NCBI GenBank assembly: GCA_964611035.1
Contig: CAZSWT010000012.1
Coordinates: 89-64,088 of the forward strand
Length of the DNA stretch: 64,000 nt
Direction of reading: 5' to 3'
Source: an uncultured Desulfobacteraceae bacterium
GTDB taxonomy: Bacteria; Desulfobacterota; DSM-4660; Desulfatiglandales; B25-G16
Below the pieces are notes generated by a model. It did no database searches, was not told the DNA's origin, and saw nothing but the letters and a program-made list of their open reading frames with translations. Within the stretch, counting starts at the first letter, position 1. Each line of letters opens with the position of its first letter. Shown piece after piece: positions 55,942-64,000 of this stretch. Position numbers and translations under genes: made by a program.

Positions 55942-57742
55942 AGGCTTTAACGGAGTAATACTTCGAATAAATCTGACAAAAAAGGAAGTACAGAGAGAGG
56001 AAATCAATGAAGAATGGGCGAAGCTTTTTATAGGCGGCAGAGGGTATGGTGAAAAGATAATCTATGAGGAAGTCGATCCAAAAATTGACCCTTTATCTGA
56101 AGAAAATAAGGTAGTTATTGCTACCGGTCCTATCGTTGGGACCACGGCTCCGGCCTCCGGAAGAATCATGGTTATCACCAAGGGCCCGCTCAATAATACC
56201 CTCGCCTGCTCCAATGCCGGCGGATATTTTGGAATCGAACTCAAGATGGCGGGCTATGATATGATTATCCTCGAGGGAAAGGCCCCTGAGCCCGTGTATC
56301 TCTGGATTGACAATGATGAGGTTGATATCAGAAGCGCCAAGGATATGTGGGGGAAGACAACAATCGAGACAGATAAAGTATTGAGAGAAAATACCCATAT
56401 CGAAGCCAAGACCATGGAAATTGGTCCTGCAGGGGAAAAACTGTCCAAAATATCCGGTGTTATGTTTGATGGTCATCGGGCATCAGGCAGGACCGGCGTG
56501 GGTGCAGTGGTAGGAAGCAAAAATTTCAAAGGAATCGCTGTGAGGGGTACAAAGGGGGTTGAGGTAGCAGATGTAGAAGGATTCAAAGAGGCAGTAAAGA
56601 ATGCCTACGGCAAGTTAGCTGCCCATCCCGTTGCATCTGAAGGTCTTCCCACCTATGGTACTGCTGTGTTGATGAATATATTGAATAATGTTGGCTCCCT
56701 GCCCACGAAAAATGCCCAAGACGCATATTTCCCAAACGCAGATAATATATCCGGTGAGGCAATGGTGAAAAAAACATTGATAAGAAAGAAAGGATGTGGA
56801 GGCTGCCCCATTGACTGTGGAAGGGTAACCGAGATTAGAGAGGGAAAATACAAGGGAGATCACGGAGAAGGCCCGGAATATGAGACAGCCTGGTCAATGG
56901 GGGCAATGTGCGGCGTTGATGATATCAATGCAGTTACCAAGGCCCATTATCTCTGCGATGAGTACGGGCTTGATGGGATATCCGCGGGCGTGACCATTGC
57001 CTGTGCAATGGAACTGTATGAGAAGGGATACATGCCAAAAGAGGACGCCCCATTCCCGATAAGGTTTGGTGACGGCGATGCTGTTGTTGAGCTTGTAAAA
57101 CTCATGGGCACAAGAGAAGGATTCGGGAATCTACTTTCTGAAGGTTCTTACAGACTTGCTGAACACTACGGGCACCCTGAACTTTCAATGAGCGTTAAGA
57201 AACAGGAAATTGCGGCCTATGACCCGAGAGGGGTCAAAGGTATCGGCCTTGAATATGCCACGTCAAATAGGGGCGCATGCCACGTACGAGGCTACACCAT
57301 CGCACCAGAAGTATTGGGCACGCCCATACAGGTTGATAGACTCGCCTATGAAGGCAAAGCTGACTTGGTAAAACTCTTTCAGGACTTGACCGCTGCCGTT
57401 GATGCATCCGGAGCCTGCCTGTTTACGACGTTTGGTATGGAGGCGGCCAATTACGCAGAACTTGTCACGACAGCAACCGGGATTCCCTACGATGAGAAAA
57501 ACCTTCTCCTTGCCGGGGAAAGGATCTGGAATCTTGAGAGGCTCTTCAATTTAAAAGCTGGACTCACCACAGAGGATGATACCCTGCCAAAGAGGTTCAT
57601 TGATGAACCAATCCCATCCGGGCCATCAAAGGGTGAGGTGAACGAGCTCCCTAAAATGCTTCCGGAGTACTACAAGGTGAGAGGATGGGATTCTGAGGGG
57701 AGGCCAACTGACGATAAACTTACGGAGTTAAGCCTGAAGTAA
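55934..57742 (+). CDS. Aldehyde:ferredoxin oxidoreductase family (tungstopterin) catalytic subunit
   Basis: AOR N-terminal domain (GFNGVILRINLT), CGGCPIDCG cluster ligands and an AOR C-terminal domain. Confidence 0.9.
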   Translation: MLKGFNGVILRINLTKKEVQREEINEEWAKLFIGGRGYGEKIIYEEVDPKIDPLSEENKVVIATGPIVGTTAPASGRIMVITKGPLNNTLACSNAGGYFGIELKMAGYDMIILEGKAPEPVYLWIDNDEVDIRSAKDMWGKTTIETDKVLRENTHIEAKTMEIGPAGEKLSKISGVMFDGHRASGRTGVGAVVGSKNFKGIAVRGTKGVEVADVEGFKEAVKNAYGKLAAHPVASEGLPTYGTAVLMNILNNVGSLPTKNAQDAYFPNADNISGEAMVKKTLIRKKGCGGCPIDCGRVTEIREGKYKGDHGEGPEYETAWSMGAMCGVDDINAVTKAHYLCDEYGLDGISAGVTIACAMELYEKGYMPKEDAPFPIRFGDGDAVVELVKLMGTREGFGNLLSEGSYRLAEHYGHPELSMSVKKQEIAAYDPRGVKGIGLEYATSNRGACHVRGYTIAPEVLGTPIQVDRLAYEGKADLVKLFQDLTAAVDASGACLFTTFGMEAANYAELVTTATGIPYDEKNLLLAGERIWNLERLFNLKAGLTTEDDTLPKRFIDEPIPSGPSKGEVNELPKMLPEYYKVRGWDSEGRPTDDKLTELSLK

Positions 57743-57784
57743 AAAAGAACGCTTGCTGTAGATTCCTACGAACAGGAGACTTCT

Positions 57785-58993
57785 ATGAAATACCTTATCA
57801 TTGGAGGCAGTATCGCAGGGCTCTCGTGTGCACGAAAGATACGAGAGCTCGAGAAAGACTCCGACGTTGTTATTCTCTCCGAGGAGGAGAGAGCCTACGC
57901 AAAGATGGCCCTCCCGTATCTCCTTGCGGGAGAAAGGGATATATGGCTTGACGTGCCAGCAGGTGTGGAGTTTCTCGGCAATAAAAAAGTGACAAATATC
58001 TCTCCAGACGAGAAGAAGGTCATTACAGAACAAGGGGAGGATTTTATTTTTGACAAACTCCTTGTAGCCTCTGGAGCGGGGGCGGCAGTTTCCGAATTCA
58101 AGGGAAGCGCCTCTCCCGCTGTATTTACCGTGAGAAACCTTTCTGATATCCAGGGTATACAAAACAGATTGAAGAAGGCACGCCAAAAAAAAGTTATCAT
58201 CTCCGGCGCCGGCCTTGTGAGCATGGAAATGGGGGATGCAGTGCAAAAAATTGGCTTCACGCCTCTATTTCTCATATCGTCTCAGAAGGTATTCTCCATG
58301 ATACTTGATGATGCAGGAAGCGAGGTTATGACCGAGGATCTGAAAGAAAAGGGAGCAGAGATCAACTTAGGTGAGACCATTAAGGAGATCGAAACGAGAG
58401 ACGAGGAAGTACTTGTTGAGACACAATCAGGAAAGAAATTCACCGGGGATGTGGTAATCATTGGAAAAGGAGCAACTCCGAACACCGCATTTCTGGCATC
58501 TTCGGGAATCGAAATTGATCGTGGAGTGATCGTAAATAATTTCCTTGAAACAAACAAAAAAGGGATTTTCGCTGCTGGTGACGTGTGTCAGGGATATGAC
58601 ATGGTGTATGAAGAAAAAAGGGTAAATGCCCTGTGGCCTGTGGCGATTGAACAGGGTGAGCATGCGGCAATGAACATGACCCATTTCAGAATTCCGTATA
58701 AAGGAAGTGTGGCCAGGAATATCGTGACTGCCTTTGGAAATACGATTTTCACTGCTGGGCTTTCGAGGGGCAATGAATTAGAAACCTATCAACGGAGAGA
58801 AAAGAAACGCTACTCGAAGATTGTAGTAAGGGATGGTTGCCTTGTGGGGGCCATATTTATCAATGTGGATATTGATCCAGGAGCCTACCTCTTTGCAATA
58901 GAAAGAAAGGCAGAGGTTTCTGGACTTAAAGACGTTATGCTCTTAGGTTCCCTCTCTTACACTCACCTTTTTCCTTTCCTCAGAGGGGCGTAA
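57785..58993 (+). CDS. FAD/NAD(P)-dependent pyridine nucleotide-disulfide oxidoreductase (AorC-like)
   Basis: Two Rossmann motifs (IIGGSIAGLS, ISGAGLVSME) and GDV near the FAD site. Confidence 0.8.
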   Translation: MKYLIIGGSIAGLSCARKIRELEKDSDVVILSEEERAYAKMALPYLLAGERDIWLDVPAGVEFLGNKKVTNISPDEKKVITEQGEDFIFDKLLVASGAGAAVSEFKGSASPAVFTVRNLSDIQGIQNRLKKARQKKVIISGAGLVSMEMGDAVQKIGFTPLFLISSQKVFSMILDDAGSEVMTEDLKEKGAEINLGETIKEIETRDEEVLVETQSGKKFTGDVVIIGKGATPNTAFLASSGIEIDRGVIVNNFLETNKKGIFAAGDVCQGYDMVYEEKRVNALWPVAIEQGEHAAMNMTHFRIPYKGSVARNIVTAFGNTIFTAGLSRGNELETYQRREKKRYSKIVVRDGCLVGAIFINVDIDPGAYLFAIERKAEVSGLKDVMLLGSLSYTHLFPFLRGA

Positions 58994-59270
58994 TCCAACC
59001 GGGCAGGCGCTCTTTGGCCTTGATACCCTTCTCGCGAAATTCTCCTTCAAGACCCGCCAGGTAAGTTTCTATTTGCTTCGTCTGCCTCTCGAGTTCTTCC
59101 TGGTACCTTTCCATGTAATTACCCTCTGACTCCAAGGCACTAGGGTGAAGCTCCACCACCTGCAGGAAAATCACTCTTGCATTATAATGATGGGCCAGTT
59201 CTTCAAGGTGAGGTAATATCCTCTCCGCTCGTTTCGACCCATCTAATGGGGCCAATATAGTATTATACAT
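58980..59270 (-). pseudogene. Universal stress protein (UspA family), C-terminally truncated
   Basis: MYNTILAPLDGSKRAERIL...ARVIFLQVVE is a typical Usp N-terminal half with a GGGAGG RBS. It ends after ~97 aa without the G-x2-G-x9-G(S/T) region. Its 3' end overlaps the convergent oxidoreductase gene. Confidence 0.5.
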
Positions 59271-59337
59271 TGTATTACTAACCTCCCAAGTCACTAAATG
59301 GAATGTTTGTTGCCTAAGGTGAACCAGGGATGATCTC

Positions 59338-60387
59338 TTAATCCTTTCTTATCTCTGTTACATTTAAATACTCTTGCACCAGTTGCTCCCACAAGACTAT
59401 CTTATCTGCATCATCTTTCGTCAAAAGGGGCTCTATGTTTTCGATTTGCTTCGCTGTTTGGTAGGTGTCAAGGGGCACTGAAAGCAATGGAACATTGCGT
59501 TCTGATGCCTTTGAGATAATATTTTGTGGTGGCAAAATGTTGCCCGTCAGAATAATTCCGGCGGTATCTGTTTCCAAAGCAGCGAGTATCATGTCACTTC
59601 GATCACCGCCAGTTATTACAACCTTGTTTCCCTCATGAAAGCCCGGAGTGCTTAGCGCGGTGCTCGGGGACATAGCCCCGATGAGAATAGTCTTTACTGT
59701 ATTACGCAACCCTCCTTCACCGGTAATGACTTTTGCCAGTAGTCGTTCCGCAAGGTAGTTAACCGAGAAATGTGTTAGTTCTTCACGAGATGGGATTATC
59801 CCAATAACTTTAATTCCCATATCCATTATCCCAGGAAGGTATATGTCCTTGAAATCCTGTACGTCACGCACCTTGTTTACAATGACACCCCCAAAATTGA
59901 TATTGGTCATATGAAGGCACTTTTTGAAAAGGTTGATGTCATCTAAAATTGTGTCATCATCACCGCTGATAACAATGAGCAGCTTACCATCGATAAATTG
60001 TGCCAGTGAGATTGCATCAAGATTCACCGATATACCGTATCCGATGTCTTTTCCACCTTCGACAAACACTGTGGCTTTATCTTTTCCTATCTTAGATATT
60101 ACTTCATGAAGTTTCTTTTTTATGCTTTCTGTGTCGTACATGTATCTTAGCTTGGAGGGATCAAAGCCGATACTCATCTCCTCAGGGTTTTCTTCAAGAT
60201 TGAAAATGTGAGTGATGAGTGCAGAATCATAATCCCATAATCGCTTTTTTCGGTAGAATAGTCGATCGCCAAAGGGCTTCATGTACCCTATCTTTTCATG
60301 CAATGCCTTTGCGATTCCCACAATCACACTGGTCTTGCCAGCATTTTTTCGCATTGATGCGACCACTATTTTTTTCATCTGTGTCAC
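59338..60387 (-). CDS. P-loop + DRTGG domain protein (resembles the N-terminal regulatory part of phosphotransacetylase, no PTA catalytic domain)
   Basis: N-terminal KNAGKTSV P-loop. DRTGG-like VITGGDRSDMILAALETDTAGIILTG. Confidence 0.7.
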   Translation of the reverse strand: MTQMKKIVVASMRKNAGKTSVIVGIAKALHEKIGYMKPFGDRLFYRKKRLWDYDSALITHIFNLEENPEEMSIGFDPSKLRYMYDTESIKKKLHEVISKIGKDKATVFVEGGKDIGYGISVNLDAISLAQFIDGKLLIVISGDDDTILDDINLFKKCLHMTNINFGGVIVNKVRDVQDFKDIYLPGIMDMGIKVIGIIPSREELTHFSVNYLAERLLAKVITGEGGLRNTVKTILIGAMSPSTALSTPGFHEGNKVVITGGDRSDMILAALETDTAGIILTGNILPPQNIISKASERNVPLLSVPLDTYQTAKQIENIEPLLTKDDADKIVLWEQLVQEYLNVTEIRKD

Positions 60388-62495
60388 CTCTCACCCTTTA
60401 ATAGTAAAATCCTTACATCCAAGGCCTTTACCCCCTCTCCCTCTTCATAGGCTACAAGGGGGTTGATCTCTATATCAGAGATTGCCTCGCACCTCTTTAT
60501 GATCGTGCCCAACTTGATGATGGTATCCATGATTCCATCAATATCCTTTTTCTTTTCTCCCCGTACCCCTAAAAGCAGGGGATATGATCTCACTTCCTTT
60601 ATCATATTTGTTATTTCGTGATGGTTCAGGGGAAAGGCGCGGAAGGATATATCCTTCATGACCTCAACATAGATGCCACCCAATCCAAACATCACGATGG
60701 GACCAAAGATCTTATCTCTTCTCGCACCGATGATTAATTCTGTACCAGGCCGGGCCATCTCCAAAACATCCACTCCTTCAATCTTGGCATTCGGATTATA
60801 CGTCCTGCAGCTTTGCATGATCGCCTGATAGGCATCAATTACTTCATTGCTATTTTCTAAATCCAAGGCAACACCACCAGCATCGCTCTTGTGAATGATA
60901 TCCTTGGAGGCAATCTTCATGACCACAGGGTATCCAATTTCCCCTGAGTACTGTACCGCCTCATCCAGGGTTCGCGCAACCCGACTTTGGGGAGCTGGAA
61001 TTCCTGCGGCCTTCATGATAGCCTGAGCCTCATGTGCGAGGAGGAAATGTCGTTTATCCTCTCGTGCCTTTCTGACAATCTCTTCTATTGCCTTTTTTGG
61101 TATATCAGCAAGTGCAATTTCTTCTGATCGATTCGCCAGGTAATTGTAATACCTATACATCGCACCCAAACATGATACACTCTCGTAGGCCCCTCCATAC
61201 ACGGGATGCCCGCTCCCATGGTAGCTGTTTATGCAGTTTTGCACTTTATCCCCTCCAAGGCAGGAAAATAGTATCGGTTTCCCCTTTTCTTTATATTGCG
61301 GATAGTATTTCTTGATTAACTCAGGCATGTTTTCAGAGTCAAAAACTGCTACCTCGCTCAAAAGTGTGATGACCGCATCTATGTCATCGTTGCGAAGCGC
61401 CACATTGAGAGCGCTGTCGAACTCTGTGGTGGTTGCTTGCCCGGTCAGGTCAATAGGGTTTTTTGTAGAGCCAAAATCAGGAACTACGCCTGAAAAAATC
61501 CCGTTAAGAGCAGGAAGGTCGTCATAGAGCTTTACCCCATACTTTTCACAGGCATCGGCAGTCATTACACCTATTCCACCGCCATTGGTGATGATTACTG
61601 TATGTTCCCCCTTTGGCATTGGATTGTTTGAAAGGAACTTACACCAATCAAAAGCATCCCGTATGTCCTCAGCTCGTAAGACGCCATATTGTCTTACAAG
61701 TGCATCAAATACCTCATCTGCCCCTGCCAGTGACCCTGTGTGTGACGCTGCAGCAATGGCCCCTTTCGCAGAGCGTCCGGATTTGATCACAACAACGGGC
61801 TTTTTCTTCGTTGTCTCATTAAGCGCCTTAATTAATCGTTCACCCTCTTTCACACCTTCTACATAGATCAAGATTATTTTTGTCTGATCGTGGGTGATTA
61901 GATAGTCCAGGAGTTCTGATTCATCAATATCGGCCTTATTGCCCACTGAAACCATTGCTGATAAGCCGATATTCTCCACGGCGGTTTTACCGATCATAGA
62001 TGCCCCGAGGGCCCCACTCTGTGTGATAATTGCAACATTTCCCGCTATCACATCTCTGGTGCCAAACGTGGCATTTAGCGATGCCTTCGCAGAATATACC
62101 CCGAAGATGTTTGGCCCCAAAATCCGTACACCGTGTTCACGAGCATATGCGGTAATTTTTTTCTCCTCTGTAATGTTTCCAACCTCTGAAAATCCTGATG
62201 TTATGATAAGGGCTGTCTTTACTCTTTTTTTGGCGCATTTCCTTACTGCATCGAACACAAACCTTGCGGGAATGACGATGCACGCCAGATCAATAGCGGC
62301 ATTTACATCTTCGAGATCCTTGAATGCCGGATGTCCAAGCATTTCACCGCTGCGAGGATTTATGGGGTATACTTTACCCCTATAACCACCGAGTATGATG
62401 TTTTCTAAAACCTTGTACCCTATTTTGCTTGTGTCCAGTGATGCGCCGATTACTGCAATTGATTGCGGCTCAAAAAGGTATTTCATGTCTGTCAT
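60384..62495 (-). CDS. ADP-forming acyl/acetyl-CoA synthetase (fused alpha/beta; CoA-binding + ATP-grasp)
   Basis: FEPQSIAVIGAS...KVYPINP CoA-binding N-terminus, a succinyl-CoA-synthetase-like flavodoxin domain and a C-terminal ATP-grasp. Confidence 0.85.
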   Translation of the reverse strand: MTDMKYLFEPQSIAVIGASLDTSKIGYKVLENIILGGYRGKVYPINPRSGEMLGHPAFKDLEDVNAAIDLACIVIPARFVFDAVRKCAKKRVKTALIITSGFSEVGNITEEKKITAYAREHGVRILGPNIFGVYSAKASLNATFGTRDVIAGNVAIITQSGALGASMIGKTAVENIGLSAMVSVGNKADIDESELLDYLITHDQTKIILIYVEGVKEGERLIKALNETTKKKPVVVIKSGRSAKGAIAAASHTGSLAGADEVFDALVRQYGVLRAEDIRDAFDWCKFLSNNPMPKGEHTVIITNGGGIGVMTADACEKYGVKLYDDLPALNGIFSGVVPDFGSTKNPIDLTGQATTTEFDSALNVALRNDDIDAVITLLSEVAVFDSENMPELIKKYYPQYKEKGKPILFSCLGGDKVQNCINSYHGSGHPVYGGAYESVSCLGAMYRYYNYLANRSEEIALADIPKKAIEEIVRKAREDKRHFLLAHEAQAIMKAAGIPAPQSRVARTLDEAVQYSGEIGYPVVMKIASKDIIHKSDAGGVALDLENSNEVIDAYQAIMQSCRTYNPNAKIEGVDVLEMARPGTELIIGARRDKIFGPIVMFGLGGIYVEVMKDISFRAFPLNHHEITNMIKEVRSYPLLLGVRGEKKKDIDGIMDTIIKLGTIIKRCEAISDIEINPLVAYEEGEGVKALDVRILLLKGER

Positions 62496-62501
62496 TTCAA
62501 T

Positions 62502-64000
62502 CTACCCCCTGAACATCATCTGCAATTCATATACACCAGAGTCAATTCTCCTTTGCATATCAAAGCCCATCTTTTCAAATACATGAAGCATTGGCTTGTT
62601 CTCTGCCAGTACCTCTGCGGTAAAGCCAAGAAGGCCCTGTCTCTGTGCCAGATAGGTGAGATACCTGAGCAATTCTGAGCCAATATCTCTGTTTTGGTAC
62701 GTATCCTTTACCGCGAATGCCACCTCTGCGGTATGAGTGGACTCAAATATGCTATACTGCCCCACGCCCACAATCTCCTCTGTCTCTTCGGTTTGTATCA
62801 CTGCGAGGATCACCATCTCATTGGAGTAGTCAATAACGACAAACTCCTGCAATCGCTCGTGGGGCATGTCCTTCCGGACAGACATGAACCTGCGATAGAG
62901 GCTCTGGTCTGAAAGGGAATAGAAGAAATCCTTGAGGAGGTCTTCGTCGCTAATTTTCACAGGCCTCAACAGGATCTCAAATCCCTTTTTTGTGGTCCTA
63001 TAGATCTCAAGGGATTCCGGGTATTCTCCTTTCTTTCCGGGTATAAAGGCCTGGTCTTTGTAAATGAGGTTGCGTTTTTTTGCCTCCTCTATAAGCCATG
63101 ATCTAAATTTTGGATGTGCAATGGAGATTAATGCCATTGCCCGTTCCCTGATGTTCTTTCCATGAAGATAGGACATCCCATACTCTGTTACTACATATTG
63201 CACATCGCACCTATTAAGTGTGGAGCCAGACCCCTCTATAAGAAAGGGGACAATTCTTGAGACCTTCCCTTGCTGTGCTGTAGAGGGAAGAACAAGGATC
63301 GTTTTACCCTTTGGTGCCAATGCCGCTCCTCTCATGAAATTTGCCTGCCCCCCTACGCCACTGTAAAATTGCATTCCGAGAGAATCCGCCGTTGTCTGCC
63401 CTGTCAGGTCGATTGCCAGCGCAGTGTTGATGGCTGTCATGTGTTCCTGGCGGGCGATAACCAGGGGATTATTGGTGTAGTCAACCGTTCTGAATTCTAT
63501 CGAAGGATTATCATGGATATATTCATAGGTTTCCTTTGTGCCCATACAGAAGGTTGCCACTGTTTTCCCACGGTTAAGGGTTTTTTTGGAATTGTCAATC
63601 ACACCTTTTTTCATCAATTCTACGATACCGTGGGGCAACAGCTCCGTGTGAACACCCAGATGTTGTTTCTCGCCAAGACTGAGTAAAATACCATCGGTAA
63701 TGTCTCCATAGCCAACCTGAATAGTATCGCCATCCTGAATGAGGCGCGACATATAGGTGCCAATTCGCCGGCCAATCTCAGGGTCAGCATGGGTATGGTA
63801 CTCCAAAATGGGTTCATCATAAGGGATGATAAAATTTACATCATCTACATGGATAACGCCGTCTCCAGGGACCCGTGGCATATGGGCATTTACCTGAGCC
63901 ACAACCAGTGGGGAAACCTCTGTGGCCGCTTTTACCATATCGACACTCACCCCTAAATTCATGTACCCATGCCTGTCTGGCGGTGATGTCTGTATAAGGG
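62502..64000 (-). CDS. Acetyl-CoA hydrolase/transferase family domain fused to a C-terminal GNAT acetyltransferase (5' end off-window)
   Basis: The frame stays open to position 64000 upstream of the track's Met. The transferase C-terminal domain is followed by a GNAT fold (QNRDIGSELLRYLTYLAQRQGLLGFTAEVLAENKPMLHVFEKMGF). Confidence 0.75.
   Translation of the reverse strand, partial: LIQTSPPDRHGYMNLGVSVDMVKAATEVSPLVVAQVNAHMPRVPGDGVIHVDDVNFIIPYDEPILEYHTHADPEIGRRIGTYMSRLIQDGDTIQVGYGDITDGILLSLGEKQHLGVHTELLPHGIVELMKKGVIDNSKKTLNRGKTVATFCMGTKETYEYIHDNPSIEFRTVDYTNNPLVIARQEHMTAINTALAIDLTGQTTADSLGMQFYSGVGGQANFMRGAALAPKGKTILVLPSTAQQGKVSRIVPFLIEGSGSTLNRCDVQYVVTEYGMSYLHGKNIRERAMALISIAHPKFRSWLIEEAKKRNLIYKDQAFIPGKKGEYPESLEIYRTTKKGFEILLRPVKISDEDLLKDFFYSLSDQSLYRRFMSVRKDMPHERLQEFVVIDYSNEMVILAVIQTEETEEIVGVGQYSIFESTHTAEVAFAVKDTYQNRDIGSELLRYLTYLAQRQGLLGFTAEVLAENKPMLHVFEKMGFDMQRRIDSGVYELQMMFRG

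Noticed and set aside
1-64000. tRNA, rRNA, tmRNA, RNase P, SRP RNA and riboswitches
   Set aside because: I found no T-loop/acceptor-like GGTTCGAATCC-type motifs or other recognisable RNA signatures by eye. In particular, the short trkA 5' UTR has no room for a c-di-AMP riboswitch. A covariance-model scan is needed to be sure.

Overview
All calls were made by eye from the sequence and the ORF track, with no searches run. The window is AT-rich and chromosomal. Gene content suggests an anaerobic Desulfobacterota/deltaproteobacterium-like organism: AbfD-like dehydratase, tungsten-type aldehyde:ferredoxin oxidoreductase, ADP-forming acyl-CoA synthetase, RpoH, and a probable selenoprotein. This taxonomic guess is inference only.

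Core blocks:
- mfd, two SurA-like PPIases, rodZ, tyrS, rpoH, a TPR lipoprotein, a LolB-like lipoprotein, a Mut7-C RNase and an M48 protease (3.5-19.7 kb, + strand).
- ABC-F ATPase, trkH-trkA and ruvB-ruvA-ruvC-yebC (26.9-35.4 kb, - strand).
- An RND efflux pair, an APC permease, an AorABC-like operon and an acyl-CoA operon (48-64 kb).

Accessory blocks:
- 19.7-26.8 kb holds toxin-antitoxin (TA) modules, gene remnants and a HEPN-like gene.
- 35.8-46.7 kb holds promoterless genes, each followed by a structured RYYYAAC...GTTRRRY site. I read this as an integron-type cassette array with no integrase in view (CALIN).

The intergenic space is packed with small mobile or structured repeats:
- An IS110-family element sits exactly at a unit boundary in a tandem array of ~120-nt structured repeats.
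- A 287-bp MITE is present twice, apparently identical, each copy with an 8-bp target-site duplication (TSD).
- A 142-bp MITE with a 6-bp TSD lies between ruvB and ruvA.
- Several other hairpin families are present.

Other notable points are an in-frame TGA at the first conserved Cys of a C_GCAxxG_C_C protein (candidate Sec), a relatively G+C-rich UbiA + radical SAM cassette, and a nonsense-disrupted secreted MBL paralog. I could not recognise any rRNA, tRNA or CRISPR array.
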